Source: Candidatus Nanopelagicales bacterium (GTDB lineage Bacteria; Actinomycetota; Actinomycetes; S36-B12). Taken from it: a DNA stretch of 50,516 nt. Below, piece by piece: positions 8,119 to 18,454 of the stretch. The stretch is from positions 1 through 50,516 of the forward strand of contig JALQUH010000049.1 in the NCBI GenBank assembly GCA_023263845.1, in the 5' to 3' direction. Numbering within the stretch: the first letter of the stretch is position 1; each line of letters begins with the position of its first letter. The position numbers were made by a program, and so were the translations under genes. Below the pieces are notes generated by a model. The model did not search any database. It saw nothing but the letters and a program-made list of their open reading frames with translations, and was not told the DNA's origin.

Positions 8119-9303
8119 ATGTCGTCCGTCATCGTCGCGGGAACTCGGACTCCCATGGGGCGATTGCTGGGATCGCTGAAGTCCCAGAGCGCTGCGGATC
8201 TAGGCGCGGTGGCCATCCGGGGTGCCCTGGAACGCGCTGGCGTCAGCCCGGATCAGGTCGACTACGTGGTCATGGGCCAGGTCCTGCAGGCCGGCACGGG
8301 GCAGATCACGGCTCGGCAGGCCGCGGTCAAGGCCGGCATCCCGATGAGGGTCCCCGCGCTCACAATCAACAAGGTGTGTCTTTCAGGTATTGATGCGATC
8401 GCGCTCGCGGACCAACTCATTCGAGCCGGTGAGTTCGACATCGTCGTCGCCGGTGGCATGGAGTCGATGACCAATGCACCGCACCTGCTCATGGGTTCCC
8501 GTGAGGGCGTGAAGTACGGCGACTGGAAGATCATCGATTCGATGGCCTTCGATGGTCTGACGTGCGCGTTCGACGAGTGCGCGATGGGCGAAGCGACCGA
8601 GGGCTACAACGCGCGGTATGACCTGACCCGCGAAGAGCAGGACGCGTTCTCGGCGCGCTCGCACCAACGGGCCGCCGCAGCACAGGCCGCGGGAATCCTT
8701 GCCGAGGAGATCGTGCCCGTGGCGATTCCGCAGCGCAAGGGCGATCCAATCATCGTGAGCGAAGACGAAGGTATTCGCGCGGAGACGACGGTGGATTCCC
8801 TCGGCGCGTTGCGCCCCGCCTTCGCCAAGGAGGGAACGATCACCGCGGGCAACGCCTCGCAGATCTCGGACGGCGCCGCTGCCGTCGTGGTGATGAGCAA
8901 GGCCAAGGCGGAGGAATTGGGCCTGTCCTGGCTCGCCGAGATTGGCGCCCATGGCGTGGTCGCCGGCCCGGATGCCTCGCTGCACGAGCAACCAGCGCGT
9001 GCCATCGAGCGCGCCTGCGAGAAGCAGGGCATCGCTGTGTCCGACCTCGATGTCGTCGAGATCAATGAGGCCTTCGCTGCCGTCGGCCTCGTCTCGACAC
9101 GGCAGCTCGGCCTCGATGAGTCGAAGGTCAACGTCAACGGCGGCGCCATTGCCCTCGGCCATCCGGTCGGTATGTCCGGGGCCCGCATCGTGCTGCATCT
9201 CGCCCATGAACTGCGTCGTCGCGGGGGTGGGGTGGGCGCAGCCGCCCTGTGCGGGGGCGGCGGCCAGGGCGACGCACTGATCGTAAGAGTCCCTTCGGCG
9301 TGA
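8119..9303 (+). CDS. Acetyl-CoA C-acetyltransferase (thiolase II)
   Basis: Start at ATG 8119 ([14 protein letters not shown]) preceded by GGAGG. Thiolase motifs are present: NKVCLSG (active Cys), [12 protein letters not shown], and GGGQG near the C-terminus. Confidence 0.9.
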   Translation: MSSVIVAGTRTPMGRLLGSLKSQSAADLGAVAIRGALERAGVSPDQVDYVVMGQVLQAGTGQITARQAAVKAGIPMRVPALTINKVCLSGIDAIALADQLIRAGEFDIVVAGGMESMTNAPHLLMGSREGVKYGDWKIIDSMAFDGLTCAFDECAMGEATEGYNARYDLTREEQDAFSARSHQRAAAAQAAGILAEEIVPVAIPQRKGDPIIVSEDEGIRAETTVDSLGALRPAFAKEGTITAGNASQISDGAAAVVVMSKAKAEELGLSWLAEIGAHGVVAGPDASLHEQPARAIERACEKQGIAVSDLDVVEINEAFAAVGLVSTRQLGLDESKVNVNGGAIALGHPVGMSGARIVLHLAHELRRRGGGVGAAALCGGGGQGDALIVRVPSA

Positions 9304-10250
9304 CCGACACCGTCACTGATCTCGTCGAGCGGGCTCGCACGGGCGAGGCCCGCGCCATCGCACGTCTGATTTCGATGGTCGAGGACGGATCTCCGCAACT
9401 GCCTGACATGCTCAGCGCTCTGCATGGTGGCGGAACGGCCTACGTCGTGGGGATCACCGGTGCGCCGGGTGTCGGCAAGTCGACGGTGACCAATGCGCTG
9501 ATCACGGCCTACCGTGAGCGAGGCGATCGCGTGGCCGTGCTCGCCGTCGATCCGAGTTCACCGTTCACCGGCGGCGCGTTGCTCGGCGATCGGATTCGCA
9601 TGCAGGGGCAGGCCGGCGATTCCGGTGTCTATATCCGTTCGATGGCATCTCGTGGACAACTCGGTGGCCTGGCCGCGGCGACCCCGCAGGCCGTTCGCGT
9701 GCTGGAGGCGGCTGGCTTCGATGTCGTACTTGTCGAAACTGTCGGGGTGGGTCAATCCGAGGTTGATATTGCCGCGACGGCTGATGCGACGGTGGTGCTC
9801 CTGGCACCGGGTATGGGCGACGGCATCCAGGCGGCGAAGGCCGGAATCTTGGAGATCGGCGACATCCTCTGCGTCAACAAGGCCGACCGCGATGGAGCGG
9901 CAAGCACAGTGCGCGAAGTACGACAGATGCTGCAATTGGGCGGGAATCGCGACGGCTGGAAACCGGTCGTGGTGACTTCGGTCGCCGCGCAGGACGCGGT
10001 GGCCGACCTCCTGGCGACCCTTGATGACCGGCGAGCGTGGCTGGGAGAGGGCGACCATCTGGTGCGCCGTCGTCGTCAGCGGGCCCGCGGGGAGGTCCTC
10101 GCTCTTGCCCTCGGGGGGCTGCGTGGTCGACTTGAAGAGCGGCTATCCGGAGCCCACCTGACGGACATCGATGCCGTTGCGGAAGGATCCCTGAGCCCCT
10201 ATGAGGCTGCGGAGCGGTTGATTGCCGAGGATGACAGGATGGGTTCGTGA
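9300..10250 (+). CDS. meaB: Methylmalonyl-CoA mutase-associated GTPase (MeaB/ArgK family)
   Basis: GTG 9300 overlaps the thiolase stop (GTGA). It has the P-loop [18 protein letters not shown] and NKAD motifs. Confidence 0.9.
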   Translation: MTDTVTDLVERARTGEARAIARLISMVEDGSPQLPDMLSALHGGGTAYVVGITGAPGVGKSTVTNALITAYRERGDRVAVLAVDPSSPFTGGALLGDRIRMQGQAGDSGVYIRSMASRGQLGGLAAATPQAVRVLEAAGFDVVLVETVGVGQSEVDIAATADATVVLLAPGMGDGIQAAKAGILEIGDILCVNKADRDGAASTVREVRQMLQLGGNRDGWKPVVVTSVAAQDAVADLLATLDDRRAWLGEGDHLVRRRRQRARGEVLALALGGLRGRLEERLSGAHLTDIDAVAEGSLSPYEAAERLIAEDDRMGS

Positions 10251-11146
10251 CTGAGCAGCCTTCTCTGTCCCTGCGCGGAGCCGTCGATCTTGGCGCCTTG
10301 GCGAGTCAGCGCGACGCCGAGGAACGACGGTCCACCGCGATGGCCGGTGCTCCCACCGGCGTCGTCATTGACGTTACCGAGGCAAGTTTCGAGCGTGACG
10401 TCATCATTCAGAGCCAGACCGTGCCGGTGGTCCTCGACCTGTGGGCGTCCTGGTGCGGACCCTGCAAGACGCTATCGCCGATCCTGGAGTCCCTGGCCGC
10501 CGAGTACGCCGGTCGCTTCGTTCTGGCCAAGGTTGATGTGGATGCCAACCAGCAGATAGCGGCGGCGTTCCAGGTGCAGTCCATCCCAAGTGTGTTCGGT
10601 GTCATCGCCGGCCAGCCGGTACCCCTTTTCCAGGGTGCCTATCCCGAGCCGCAGATCCGGCAGGTGCTCGACGAACTGTTGCGTGTGGCGGCCGAGAATG
10701 GTGTGAGCGGCACACTCGCCGGCGACGTATCAGACACGACGGACGCGGCGGAAGCCGCCGCAGAGGTCGAGGAGCCTGACGACCCGCGTTTCGCGGCGGC
10801 TTACGACGCCATCGAGGCGGGCGACTGGGCGGCTGCCGCGGATGCCTATCGCACCGTGTTGGCGCAGTCTCCCGCCGATGTCGATGCGCAGGCGGGTTTG
10901 GCGATGTGCGAGTTGCAGGTGCGGCTGGAATCCGGGGGTGAATCCGGTGCGCTGCGAGACGCCGACGTAGCCGCTGCTGCAGGCGATTGGGCGACGGCGT
11001 TCGCGGCGCTCATCTCGCAGATCAAGGCGACATCGGGGGATGAGCGCGAGGCCGCACGGGAGCGGCTCCTCGAACTCTTTGCGCTGGCAGGCGATGACTC
11101 GGCTGTGCAGCCAGCCCGCGTGGCCCTCGCCTCTGCCCTCTTCTAG
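10247..11146 (+). CDS. Thioredoxin-domain plus TPR-like protein (YbbN/CnoX-type co-chaperone)
   Basis: GTG 10247 overlaps the meaB stop. It has a WCGPC thioredoxin motif in the N-terminal half and an Ala/Asp-rich helical C-terminal half. Confidence 0.8.
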   Translation: MTEQPSLSLRGAVDLGALASQRDAEERRSTAMAGAPTGVVIDVTEASFERDVIIQSQTVPVVLDLWASWCGPCKTLSPILESLAAEYAGRFVLAKVDVDANQQIAAAFQVQSIPSVFGVIAGQPVPLFQGAYPEPQIRQVLDELLRVAAENGVSGTLAGDVSDTTDAAEAAAEVEEPDDPRFAAAYDAIEAGDWAAAADAYRTVLAQSPADVDAQAGLAMCELQVRLESGGESGALRDADVAAAAGDWATAFAALISQIKATSGDEREAARERLLELFALAGDDSAVQPARVALASALF

Positions 11147-13338
11147 ACCGGCCGCAGCCAGATGGTGGCGAGCGGCGGCAGCGTCATTTCAGCGCTCGCC
11201 GGGCGACCGTGCCAGGGCACATCCTCTGCGCGTACGGCGCCCATGTTGCCGACGCCTGCGCCACCGAAATCTTCGGCATCGGTGTTGAGGACCTCCTCCC
11301 ACACTCCACCGTGGGGCAGCCCGATCCGGTAGCCCATTCGCGGCACCGGTGACATGTTGGCCATGCTCACGAGGGGACGACCTGCGTCATCCCAACGGAT
11401 CCAACTGAAGATATTCGCCTCCGCATCGTTGGCGTCGATCCATTCAAAGCCAGCCGGGTCGTCATCGCGCTGCCACAGGGCCGGCGTCTCGGCATATATC
11501 CGATTGATCGCTTGCACCGTACGCGAGATGCCCTGATGTTCGTCGTACTGCAACAGCCACCAATCGAGTCCTGAGTCGGCGTTCCATTCGGCTGACTGGG
11601 CGAATTCGCTGCCCATGAAGAGCAGCTTGCGGCCAGGATGGGACCACATGAAGCCTAGGTAGGCGCGCAGATTGGCCAGCTCTTGCCAGCGATCGCCCGG
11701 CATCCGCGCGATGAGGGAGCCCTTGCCGTGCACGACTTCGTCGTGCGACAGCGGCAAGACGAAGTGCTCGCTGTAGGCGTACATCATGGAGAAGGTCATC
11801 TCGTTGTGGTGGTACTGCCGGTGGACCGCTTCCCGCTGCATGTAGCCGAGTGAGTCATGCATCCAGCCCATGTTCCACTTCAGGCCAAAGCCGAGTCCGC
11901 CAAGGTACGTCGGCCGGGTAACGCCCGGCCAGGCGGTCGACTCCTCGGCGATCGTCACGATGCCGGGTACGCGCTTGTAAACCGTGGCGTTCATCTCCTG
12001 CAAGAACGCCACCGCGTCCAGGTTCTCGCGCCCACCGAACTCGTTGGGCGTCCACTGCCCCGGCTCGCGCGAGTAGTCGAGGTAGAGCATGGACGCGACA
12101 GCATCCACGCGGAGTCCATCAACGTGGTACTCCTCGAGCCAATACACCGCGTTCGAGACTAGGAAGTTGCGCACCTCGGTACGACCGAAGTCGAAGATGT
12201 ATGTGCCCCAGTCCGGATGTTCTCCGCGCTGGGGGTCGGCGTTTTCATAGAGGGGTGTGCCATCAAATCGGGCGAGCGCCCACTCATCGCGGGGGAAGTG
12301 CGCGGGTACCCAGTCGACGATGACGCCGATGCCCGCCTGATGTAGTCGATCGATGAGGTAGCGCAGGTCGTCGGGACTGCCGAAACGCGGAGTCGGTGCG
12401 AAGTACGACGTCACCTGGTAGCCCCACGAACCGGCAAAGGGGTGTGCCGCGACAGGGAGGAACTCCACGTGCGTGAAGCCATGCTCGACCACGTAGGCCG
12501 TCAACTCCTCGGCCAGTTGGCGGTAGTCCAAGCCGGGGCGCCATGAGCCCAGATGGACCTCGTACGTCGACATCGGTCGATGCAGCGGATCGGTCTTGTA
12601 GCGCTTCTTCAGCCACGCACCGTCGCCCCAGGCATAGCGCGAGGTGAAAACGACCGAGCCGGTCGCCGGAGGCACCTCGGTCGCAAAGGCGAAGGGGTCA
12701 GCCTTTTCGCGCCAGACGCCGTCCTTGCCGAGGATGGAGAACTTGTAGACGGTTCCGTCGCCGATGTCCGGGATGAACAATTCCCACACTCCCGTCGAGC
12801 CGAGGCTGCGCATCGGGTGGGCCTGACTGTCCCAGTGATTGAAACTGCCGGTGACGCGAACGCCCTGGGCGTTTGGTGCCCACACGGCGAAGGACACGCC
12901 CGTCACGTCACCATGGGGACTCGGGTATGTGTGGACGTGCGCGCCGAGCACCTTCCACAACTCCTCGTGTCGGCCCTCCGAGATGAGGTGGAGGTCGAGT
13001 TCGCCGAGCGTGGGCAGGAAGCGGTAGGGGTCATCCGCGGGGATGACCTGGCCGCCGTAGGTCACATCGAGTCGGTAGTCCGGTACGTCGGTCCCGGGCA
13101 GGAGACCTATCCAGACACCGCGGTGCTCGTGCTTGAGCGGGATGCGCTCCGTGCCGACGATGGCCACAACCGCCTCAGCCATGGGGCGTAGGACGCGCAG
13201 GGTCACGGCGTTCTTGCCTACATGGGGCCCCAGGATCGAGTGCGGGCTGTAGTGAGCGCCGTCGACCAGCCGATCGAGTTCGGCGCTGTCGACCTTGACC
13301 GGCTTGGGCGTCTTGGGGGCCTTGTCCTGCTTGCTCAT
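11143..13338 (-). CDS. glgB: 1,4-alpha-glucan branching enzyme
   Basis: Start at ATG 13338 ([17 protein letters not shown]...), overlapping the glgE stop as ATGA. GH13 motifs are present: [24 protein letters not shown] and LSHDEV. Confidence 0.95.
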   Translation of the reverse strand: MSKQDKAPKTPKPVKVDSAELDRLVDGAHYSPHSILGPHVGKNAVTLRVLRPMAEAVVAIVGTERIPLKHEHRGVWIGLLPGTDVPDYRLDVTYGGQVIPADDPYRFLPTLGELDLHLISEGRHEELWKVLGAHVHTYPSPHGDVTGVSFAVWAPNAQGVRVTGSFNHWDSQAHPMRSLGSTGVWELFIPDIGDGTVYKFSILGKDGVWREKADPFAFATEVPPATGSVVFTSRYAWGDGAWLKKRYKTDPLHRPMSTYEVHLGSWRPGLDYRQLAEELTAYVVEHGFTHVEFLPVAAHPFAGSWGYQVTSYFAPTPRFGSPDDLRYLIDRLHQAGIGVIVDWVPAHFPRDEWALARFDGTPLYENADPQRGEHPDWGTYIFDFGRTEVRNFLVSNAVYWLEEYHVDGLRVDAVASMLYLDYSREPGQWTPNEFGGRENLDAVAFLQEMNATVYKRVPGIVTIAEESTAWPGVTRPTYLGGLGFGLKWNMGWMHDSLGYMQREAVHRQYHHNEMTFSMMYAYSEHFVLPLSHDEVVHGKGSLIARMPGDRWQELANLRAYLGFMWSHPGRKLLFMGSEFAQSAEWNADSGLDWWLLQYDEHQGISRTVQAINRIYAETPALWQRDDDPAGFEWIDANDAEANIFSWIRWDDAGRPLVSMANMSPVPRMGYRIGLPHGGVWEEVLNTDAEDFGGAGVGNMGAVRAEDVPWHGRPASAEMTLPPLATIWLRPV

Positions 13339-15584
13339 GATGGGCGCACCTCGACGATGTGACCCACGGTGAAGTCTGGATCGAACCGCACGTATGTGGC
13401 CTGTCCCCAGGTGAACGTTTGGCCGGTGACGTGGTCGTGCGCGATGAAGCGATCGGACCAGTCCATGCCGAGCGCCGGCATGTCCCACCACACCGTCGTC
13501 TCGTGCACGTTCTGGGGGTCGAGCGTGCAGGCCACGAGAGTGATTTCAGTGCCGACCCGCTTGGAGTAGGCGATGATCGCCGGGTCATCGGTGTGGTGGA
13601 ACCTCAGGCTGCGCAGATCCTGCAGCGGTGCGAGTTCCCGACGTACCTTGTTCAGGGTTGTTATGTAGGGCGCCAAGGATTCACCGGCCTCTTGCGCTGC
13701 AGCCCAGTCGCGGGGACGGTATTCGTACTTCTCCGAGTCGAGGTACTCCTCGCTGCCGGGACGCACGGGCGCGTTCTCGAAGAGTTCGAACCCGGAGTAA
13801 ACGCCCCAGGTGGGGGACAGGGTCGCGGCGAGCGTCGCACGAATGGCGAAGGCTGGCTTGCCACCCTGCTGGAGGTACTCGGTAAGGATATCCGGTGTGT
13901 TGACGAAGACGTTGGGCCGCATGTAGGCCGACGCGGGGCCGGCGAGCTCGCTGAGGTATTCCTCCAGCCCTTCCTTGTCATTGCGCCACGTGAAGTAGGT
14001 GTAACTCTGCTGGAAGCCGACCTCCGCCAACGCCCGCATCATCGGCGGGCGCGTGAATGCCTCGGCGAGGAAGATCACGTCGGGATCGGTCGCATTAACT
14101 TCACCGATCAGGCGATCCCACACCCACAGCGGCTTGGTGTGTGGGTTGTCAACGCGGAAGATTCGTACGCCGAGCCCCATCCAATGGCGGACCAGGCGCA
14201 GCACCTCGGCGTACAGACCCTCCGGGTCATTGTCGAAGTTGAGCGGATAGATGTCCTGATACTTCTTCGGTGGGTTTTCGGCGAAGGCGACCGTGCCGTC
14301 AGCGCGTGTGGTGAACCATTCTGGGTGCTCGGTCACCCAAGGGTGATCCGGGGAGGCTTGCAGCGCGAAGTCGAGTGCGACCTCCATGCCGAGTTCACGG
14401 CTGCGAGCGACGAGGGCGACGAAGTCGCGCTCGGTGCCCAGGTCCGGATGGACCGCATCATGCCCACCTTCGGGAGAGCCGATAGCCCACGGTGAGCCCG
14501 GGTCGCCCGCTACGGGAGCCAGGGTGTTGTTGCGGCCCTTGCGATGGGCGTAACCCACCGGGTGGATCGGGGGCAGATAGACCACGTCGAATCCCATTGC
14601 GGCCACGGCATCCAGTCGCTTCGCTGCCGTCGCGAAGGTGCCTGACTTCAAGGGTCGACCTTGGGCGCCCTCGCTGCGGGGAAAGAACTCATACCAGGAG
14701 CCCACAAGTGCTCTGCGACGTTCAACGAGCAGCGGCCAAGGACCCGACGCGGTCACATGTTCGCGGATGGGGTGAGCGAGCATGGCCTCGACGACGGCCG
14801 TGTCACGCGCGGCGGCGAGGCGTACGGCGGGCGGCAGTTCGGCATTGCGCATCGTGGTCACCGCGGCGGTCAGGTCGACCCCGGCACGCTCGAGTAGCAG
14901 CGCCCCTTCCGCGAGTTCGAGTTCGATGTCGAGCCCCGCAGGAACCTTGATGTCGGCGCGATGCAGCCACGTGGCCCACGGGTCGCCCCATGATTCCACG
15001 GTGAAGGACCACAATCCTTCGCTGTCGGGGGACACGGTGGCGCCCCACTGGTCCACTCCAGTGCCCAGATCCAGCATTCCCTTGCGTTGGTGCTCACGTC
15101 CGGTTGGGTCGCGCAGTACGACCTCGACGCCGAGAAGATCGTGACCTTCGCGAAATGCTGTGGCACGGACGGGGATCTGCTCGCCGACGACCGCCTTGGC
15201 CGGGCGTCGGCCGGACTCGACCGTGGGCGAGACGTCGATGACGGGGAAGCGGCCGGTGAGAACTGACGGGACGTCGGTGGTCCCCGCGTGCGCCGGCGCA
15301 ACGGGCCTTCGGGTGCTCTGTTGGCGGGTGGTGGCCCGAGCCGGGGCCTTCTTGGCGGGTGCTTTCTTGGTCGGCGCCTTCTTGGCCGGCGCCTTCTTGG
15401 CGGGAGTTGTCTTGCGCGGGGCCGCCTGCTTCTTGGCGGGTGCCTTCTTGGCGGAGGCTTTCTTGGCGGAGGCCTTGCTGGCGGGCGTCTTCTTCGCCGG
15501 GGATGTGGTGGGGGCCGAATCCGGTGCGGTGCTACCCGCCGCCGCAGAGAACTGCGGCACCGTCGGTGATTTTCGGCTCGTCAT
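13335..15584 (-). CDS. glgE: Alpha-1,4-glucan:maltose-1-phosphate maltosyltransferase with a Lys/Ala/Pro-rich N-terminal extension of about 110 aa
   Basis: The core from [25 protein letters not shown] onward matches my recollection of the GlgE N-terminus. GH13_3-like motifs [10 protein letters not shown] and FLAEAFT are present. Start assigned to ATG 15584. The track ORF extends to 15731 through implausible sequence. Confidence 0.88.
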   Translation of the reverse strand: MTSRKSPTVPQFSAAAGSTAPDSAPTTSPAKKTPASKASAKKASAKKAPAKKQAAPRKTTPAKKAPAKKAPTKKAPAKKAPARATTRQQSTRRPVAPAHAGTTDVPSVLTGRFPVIDVSPTVESGRRPAKAVVGEQIPVRATAFREGHDLLGVEVVLRDPTGREHQRKGMLDLGTGVDQWGATVSPDSEGLWSFTVESWGDPWATWLHRADIKVPAGLDIELELAEGALLLERAGVDLTAAVTTMRNAELPPAVRLAAARDTAVVEAMLAHPIREHVTASGPWPLLVERRRALVGSWYEFFPRSEGAQGRPLKSGTFATAAKRLDAVAAMGFDVVYLPPIHPVGYAHRKGRNNTLAPVAGDPGSPWAIGSPEGGHDAVHPDLGTERDFVALVARSRELGMEVALDFALQASPDHPWVTEHPEWFTTRADGTVAFAENPPKKYQDIYPLNFDNDPEGLYAEVLRLVRHWMGLGVRIFRVDNPHTKPLWVWDRLIGEVNATDPDVIFLAEAFTRPPMMRALAEVGFQQSYTYFTWRNDKEGLEEYLSELAGPASAYMRPNVFVNTPDILTEYLQQGGKPAFAIRATLAATLSPTWGVYSGFELFENAPVRPGSEEYLDSEKYEYRPRDWAAAQEAGESLAPYITTLNKVRRELAPLQDLRSLRFHHTDDPAIIAYSKRVGTEITLVACTLDPQNVHETTVWWDMPALGMDWSDRFIAHDHVTGQTFTWGQATYVRFDPDFTVGHIVEVRPS
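15336..15500 (-). repeat. Coding low-complexity repeat: about 9 imperfect 15-nt units (plus-strand consensus GGCGCCTTCTTGGCC) encoding (A/T/S)KK(A/T)P pentapeptides
   Basis: The translation is [56 protein letters not shown]. It has eight KK dipeptides and one RK with a roughly 5-residue period. It lies inside the glgE reading frame. Confidence 0.85.
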
Positions 15585-15824
15585 AGCCCACAAGCCTATC
15601 GGCGCCCGGGCATCAGTGGGCCGAGGTGTACGAGCCCGAACTCCCACCCGGACGAAGGCGAACTCGCGCGGAGAGCGGCGAACCCGGGAAGCGGTTCCGT
15701 CGGCGGCCGAAACTTGACTGAAATCGGGCACGGCTTACCGGCAAAATCACGAGGTGTTTCGGCCTACCGACGGGTTCAGGTGCGCGTCGCAAGCCCGCAA
15801 TTGGCACCCGCTAACGTGACCGCC

Positions 15825-18431
15825 GTGAAGGCCATACGTCGCTTTACCGTTCGCACTGTCCTGCCCGAGAATCTCGCTCCGCTGGAGGAACTGGCTGCCA
15901 ACCTGCGTTGGTCCTGGCACCCCGAGACTCGAGACGTCTTCGCCGCAATGGACCCCGCGTTGTGGCACGAGGTCGGCGATGACCCGATCCGCATGCTCGG
16001 TGAGGTTCCGGTCGAGCGCCTTGACGAACTCGCCGACGATCCTGGCTACGTCGACTGGGTACGTCGTACCCGCGATGAACTTCACGCCTACCTACACCGC
16101 GACGCGTGGTTTCAGCATCAGCCCGATGACCGACCCAACGCCATTGCCTACTTCTCCCCAGAGTTCGGCATCGCCGCCGCACTGCCGCAGTACTCGGGCG
16201 GTCTTGGCATCCTTGCCGGCGATCACCTCAAGGCGGCATCCGACCTCGGGATTCCGATCATCGGCGTCGGCTTGTTCTACCGCGCCGGCTACTTCCGGCA
16301 GACCCTGTCGCGAGAGGGGTGGCAGCAAGAGACCTATCCGGTGCTCGATCCTGATGGCAGCCCGGTGTCGCTCCTGCACGACGTCGACGGTGATCCTGTG
16401 GTCATCACGATCGGTATGCCCGGTGGTCGCACGATGCATGCGCGCGTGTGGGTCGCCCAGGTCGGGCGTGTCCCGCTGCTGCTGCTCGATACCGACATCG
16501 AGGTGAATGAACCGGCGGAGCGCGAGGTCACGGACCGCCTGTATGGCGGCGGTACCGATCACCGCTTGGCGCAGGAGGTGCTCCTCGGCATCGGTGGCGT
16601 GCGTGCGATTCGAGCCTACTGCCAGATCACTGGTGCACCCGAGCCGGAGGTCTTCCATTCCAATGAGGGTCATGCCGGATTTCTCGGCATCGAGCGCATC
16701 CATGAACTCGTCGAGGAGCAGGATCTGGACTTCGCAACCGCTCTTGAGGTGGTTCGCGCGGGTACGTTGTTCACCACGCACACACCGGTCCCGGCGGGTA
16801 TCGATCGCTTCCCCCGTGAACTGGTCGGGAATTTCTTCGGTGGCGACAACGCCGTGGAGAAGATTCCCGCCGAGCTCGTTCTTGATCTCGGTCGGGAGAG
16901 CTACACCGGCGGCGATCCGGCCGTGTTCAACATGGCCGTGATGGGTCTGCGCCTGTCCCAGCACGCCAACGGTGTCAGCTTGCTGCACGGTGAGGTGAGC
17001 CGCGGCATGTTCAGCGGCCTGTGGCCGGGCTTCGACTCCGGCGAGGTGCCGATCACGTCGATCACCAACGGGGTCCACGCCCCGACGTGGGTTGCCCGTG
17101 AGGTCCGCGACCTCGCCGCTCGCGAGGTAGGTCCGGAACTCATCGAGCAGGGGCAGGGCTGGGACGCCATCGGTCGCATCCCTGACCAGGCGATCTGGCC
17201 GGTCAAGCGCATCCTGCGTGAGCACCTCGTCACCGATGCTCGGGAGAGGTTGCGTGCCTCCTGGCTGCTCCGCGGCGCAAGCGAGGCCGAACTCGGATGG
17301 ATTGACGACGTGCTCGATCCGGACATTCTCACCATCGGATTCGCCCGTAGGGTGCCTTCCTATAAGCGCTTGACGCTCATGCTTCGGGATCAGGAGCGGT
17401 TGCGTGAACTGCTCCTGCACCCGGATCGTCCGATCCAGATCGTCGTCGCCGGCAAGGCCCATCCCGCCGATGACGGTGGCAAGCGGCTCATACAGGAGCT
17501 CGTCCGTTTCGCCGACGATCCGGCTGTCCGTCACCGCATCGTGTTCTTGCCCAATTACGACATCGCCATGGCCACGCGGCTCTACCCGGGTTGCGATGTA
17601 TGGCTCAACAATCCGATCCGTCCACTGGAAGCCAGTGGCACGTCAGGCATGAAAGCCGCACTGAACGGCGCGCTCAACCTGTCCATCCTCGATGGCTGGT
17701 GGGACGAGTGGTACGACGGTGAGAACGGCTGGGCCATCCCGTCTGCTGACGGTATCGCCGACGTTGATCGTCGCGATGACCTCGAGGCTGCGGCACTGTA
17801 TGACCTCATCGAGCGCGAGGTGGCGCCCACGTTCTACCAGCGCGGCGAGGACGGCCTGCCCCATCGGTGGATCGAGCGAGTCCGGCACACCCTGCAGACA
17901 CTCGGTCCCAAGGTCCTGGCCAGTCGCATGGTGAGTGAATACGTCACGCGCCTCTATACGCCAGCCGCCGAGGGCACTCGGGCGTTCACGGCAGACAACT
18001 TCGCCCTGGGTCGGAGCCTCGCCGCGTGGAAGGCTCGTGTGCGGGCAGCGTGGAGCCAGGTTGCGGTGGAGCACGTCGAGTCGGCTGGTGTCGGTGATGC
18101 GCCGTCCCTGGGGTCACCGGTTCGCCTGCGCGCACACGTCCGGCTCGGCTCACTGAGTCCCGAGGACGTCTACGTCCAGGTGGTGTCCGGTCGGGTCGAC
18201 TCCGATGACCAGTTGGTCGATCCGCAGATCGACATGCTGGAACCGGATCAGTCCTTCGAGGGCGGTCGCTGGTTGTTCGATGGTGAGTTGTCGCTCGGCC
18301 GCACCGGTCCCTTCGGCTATACGGTGCGCGTCCTGCCGCGGCACGAAGGGTTGGCTTCCCCGGTCGAACTCGGCCTGGTGACCCTGCCGGCCGAGACCGT
18401 TTCACCGGTCGGCGCAGCGGGTCTGCGCTAG
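15825..18431 (+). CDS. glgP: Alpha-glucan phosphorylase (GlgP, actinobacterial GT35-type 'alpha-glucan family phosphorylase')
   Basis: It has the conserved N-terminus VKAIRRFTVRTVLPENLAPLEELAANLRWSWHPE. Other motifs are YSGGLGILAGDHLKAASDLG and GKAHPADDGGK, and the pyridoxal-Lys region is EASGTSGMKAALNG. Start is GTG 15825, with an alternative GTG at 15816. Confidence 0.9.
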   Translation: MKAIRRFTVRTVLPENLAPLEELAANLRWSWHPETRDVFAAMDPALWHEVGDDPIRMLGEVPVERLDELADDPGYVDWVRRTRDELHAYLHRDAWFQHQPDDRPNAIAYFSPEFGIAAALPQYSGGLGILAGDHLKAASDLGIPIIGVGLFYRAGYFRQTLSREGWQQETYPVLDPDGSPVSLLHDVDGDPVVITIGMPGGRTMHARVWVAQVGRVPLLLLDTDIEVNEPAEREVTDRLYGGGTDHRLAQEVLLGIGGVRAIRAYCQITGAPEPEVFHSNEGHAGFLGIERIHELVEEQDLDFATALEVVRAGTLFTTHTPVPAGIDRFPRELVGNFFGGDNAVEKIPAELVLDLGRESYTGGDPAVFNMAVMGLRLSQHANGVSLLHGEVSRGMFSGLWPGFDSGEVPITSITNGVHAPTWVAREVRDLAAREVGPELIEQGQGWDAIGRIPDQAIWPVKRILREHLVTDARERLRASWLLRGASEAELGWIDDVLDPDILTIGFARRVPSYKRLTLMLRDQERLRELLLHPDRPIQIVVAGKAHPADDGGKRLIQELVRFADDPAVRHRIVFLPNYDIAMATRLYPGCDVWLNNPIRPLEASGTSGMKAALNGALNLSILDGWWDEWYDGENGWAIPSADGIADVDRRDDLEAAALYDLIEREVAPTFYQRGEDGLPHRWIERVRHTLQTLGPKVLASRMVSEYVTRLYTPAAEGTRAFTADNFALGRSLAAWKARVRAAWSQVAVEHVESAGVGDAPSLGSPVRLRAHVRLGSLSPEDVYVQVVSGRVDSDDQLVDPQIDMLEPDQSFEGGRWLFDGELSLGRTGPFGYTVRVLPRHEGLASPVELGLVTLPAETVSPVGAAGLR

Positions 18432-18454
18432 TGCAGCGAGAACTCGCGCACTAG
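18428..18454. terminator. Near-perfect palindrome between convergent glgP and glgX that contains both stop codons; candidate bidirectional terminator
   Basis: The sequence is CTAGTGCAGCGAGAACTCGCGCACTAG. The arms CTAGTGC/GCACTAG and GCGAG/CTCGC pair with one bulged A. The glgP TAG is at 18429-18431 and the glgX stop (CTA on the plus strand) is at 18451-18453. There is no U-tract. Confidence 0.45.

Noticed and set aside
15336-15500. A possible non-coding VNTR or CRISPR-like repeat in the glgE-glgP divergent region.
   Set aside because: The period is 15 nt (a multiple of 3), and the repeat stays in frame with glgE, encoding AKKAP repeats. It is best explained as coding low-complexity sequence.
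15714-15747. TTGACT at 15714-15719 as a -35 box for glgP, with CAAAAT at 15742-15747 as a -10 box.
   Set aside because: The spacing is about 22 nt, which is too long for a sigma-70-type promoter. The hexamer at the proper spacing (TACCGG) is poor. This is not supportable without transcript data.
16092-17534. A 480-aa ORF on the minus strand, opposite glgP.
   Set aside because: It lies entirely antisense to a gene with clear phosphorylase motifs. The translation is R/G/A/D-rich with no motifs. This is the typical high-GC shadow ORF.
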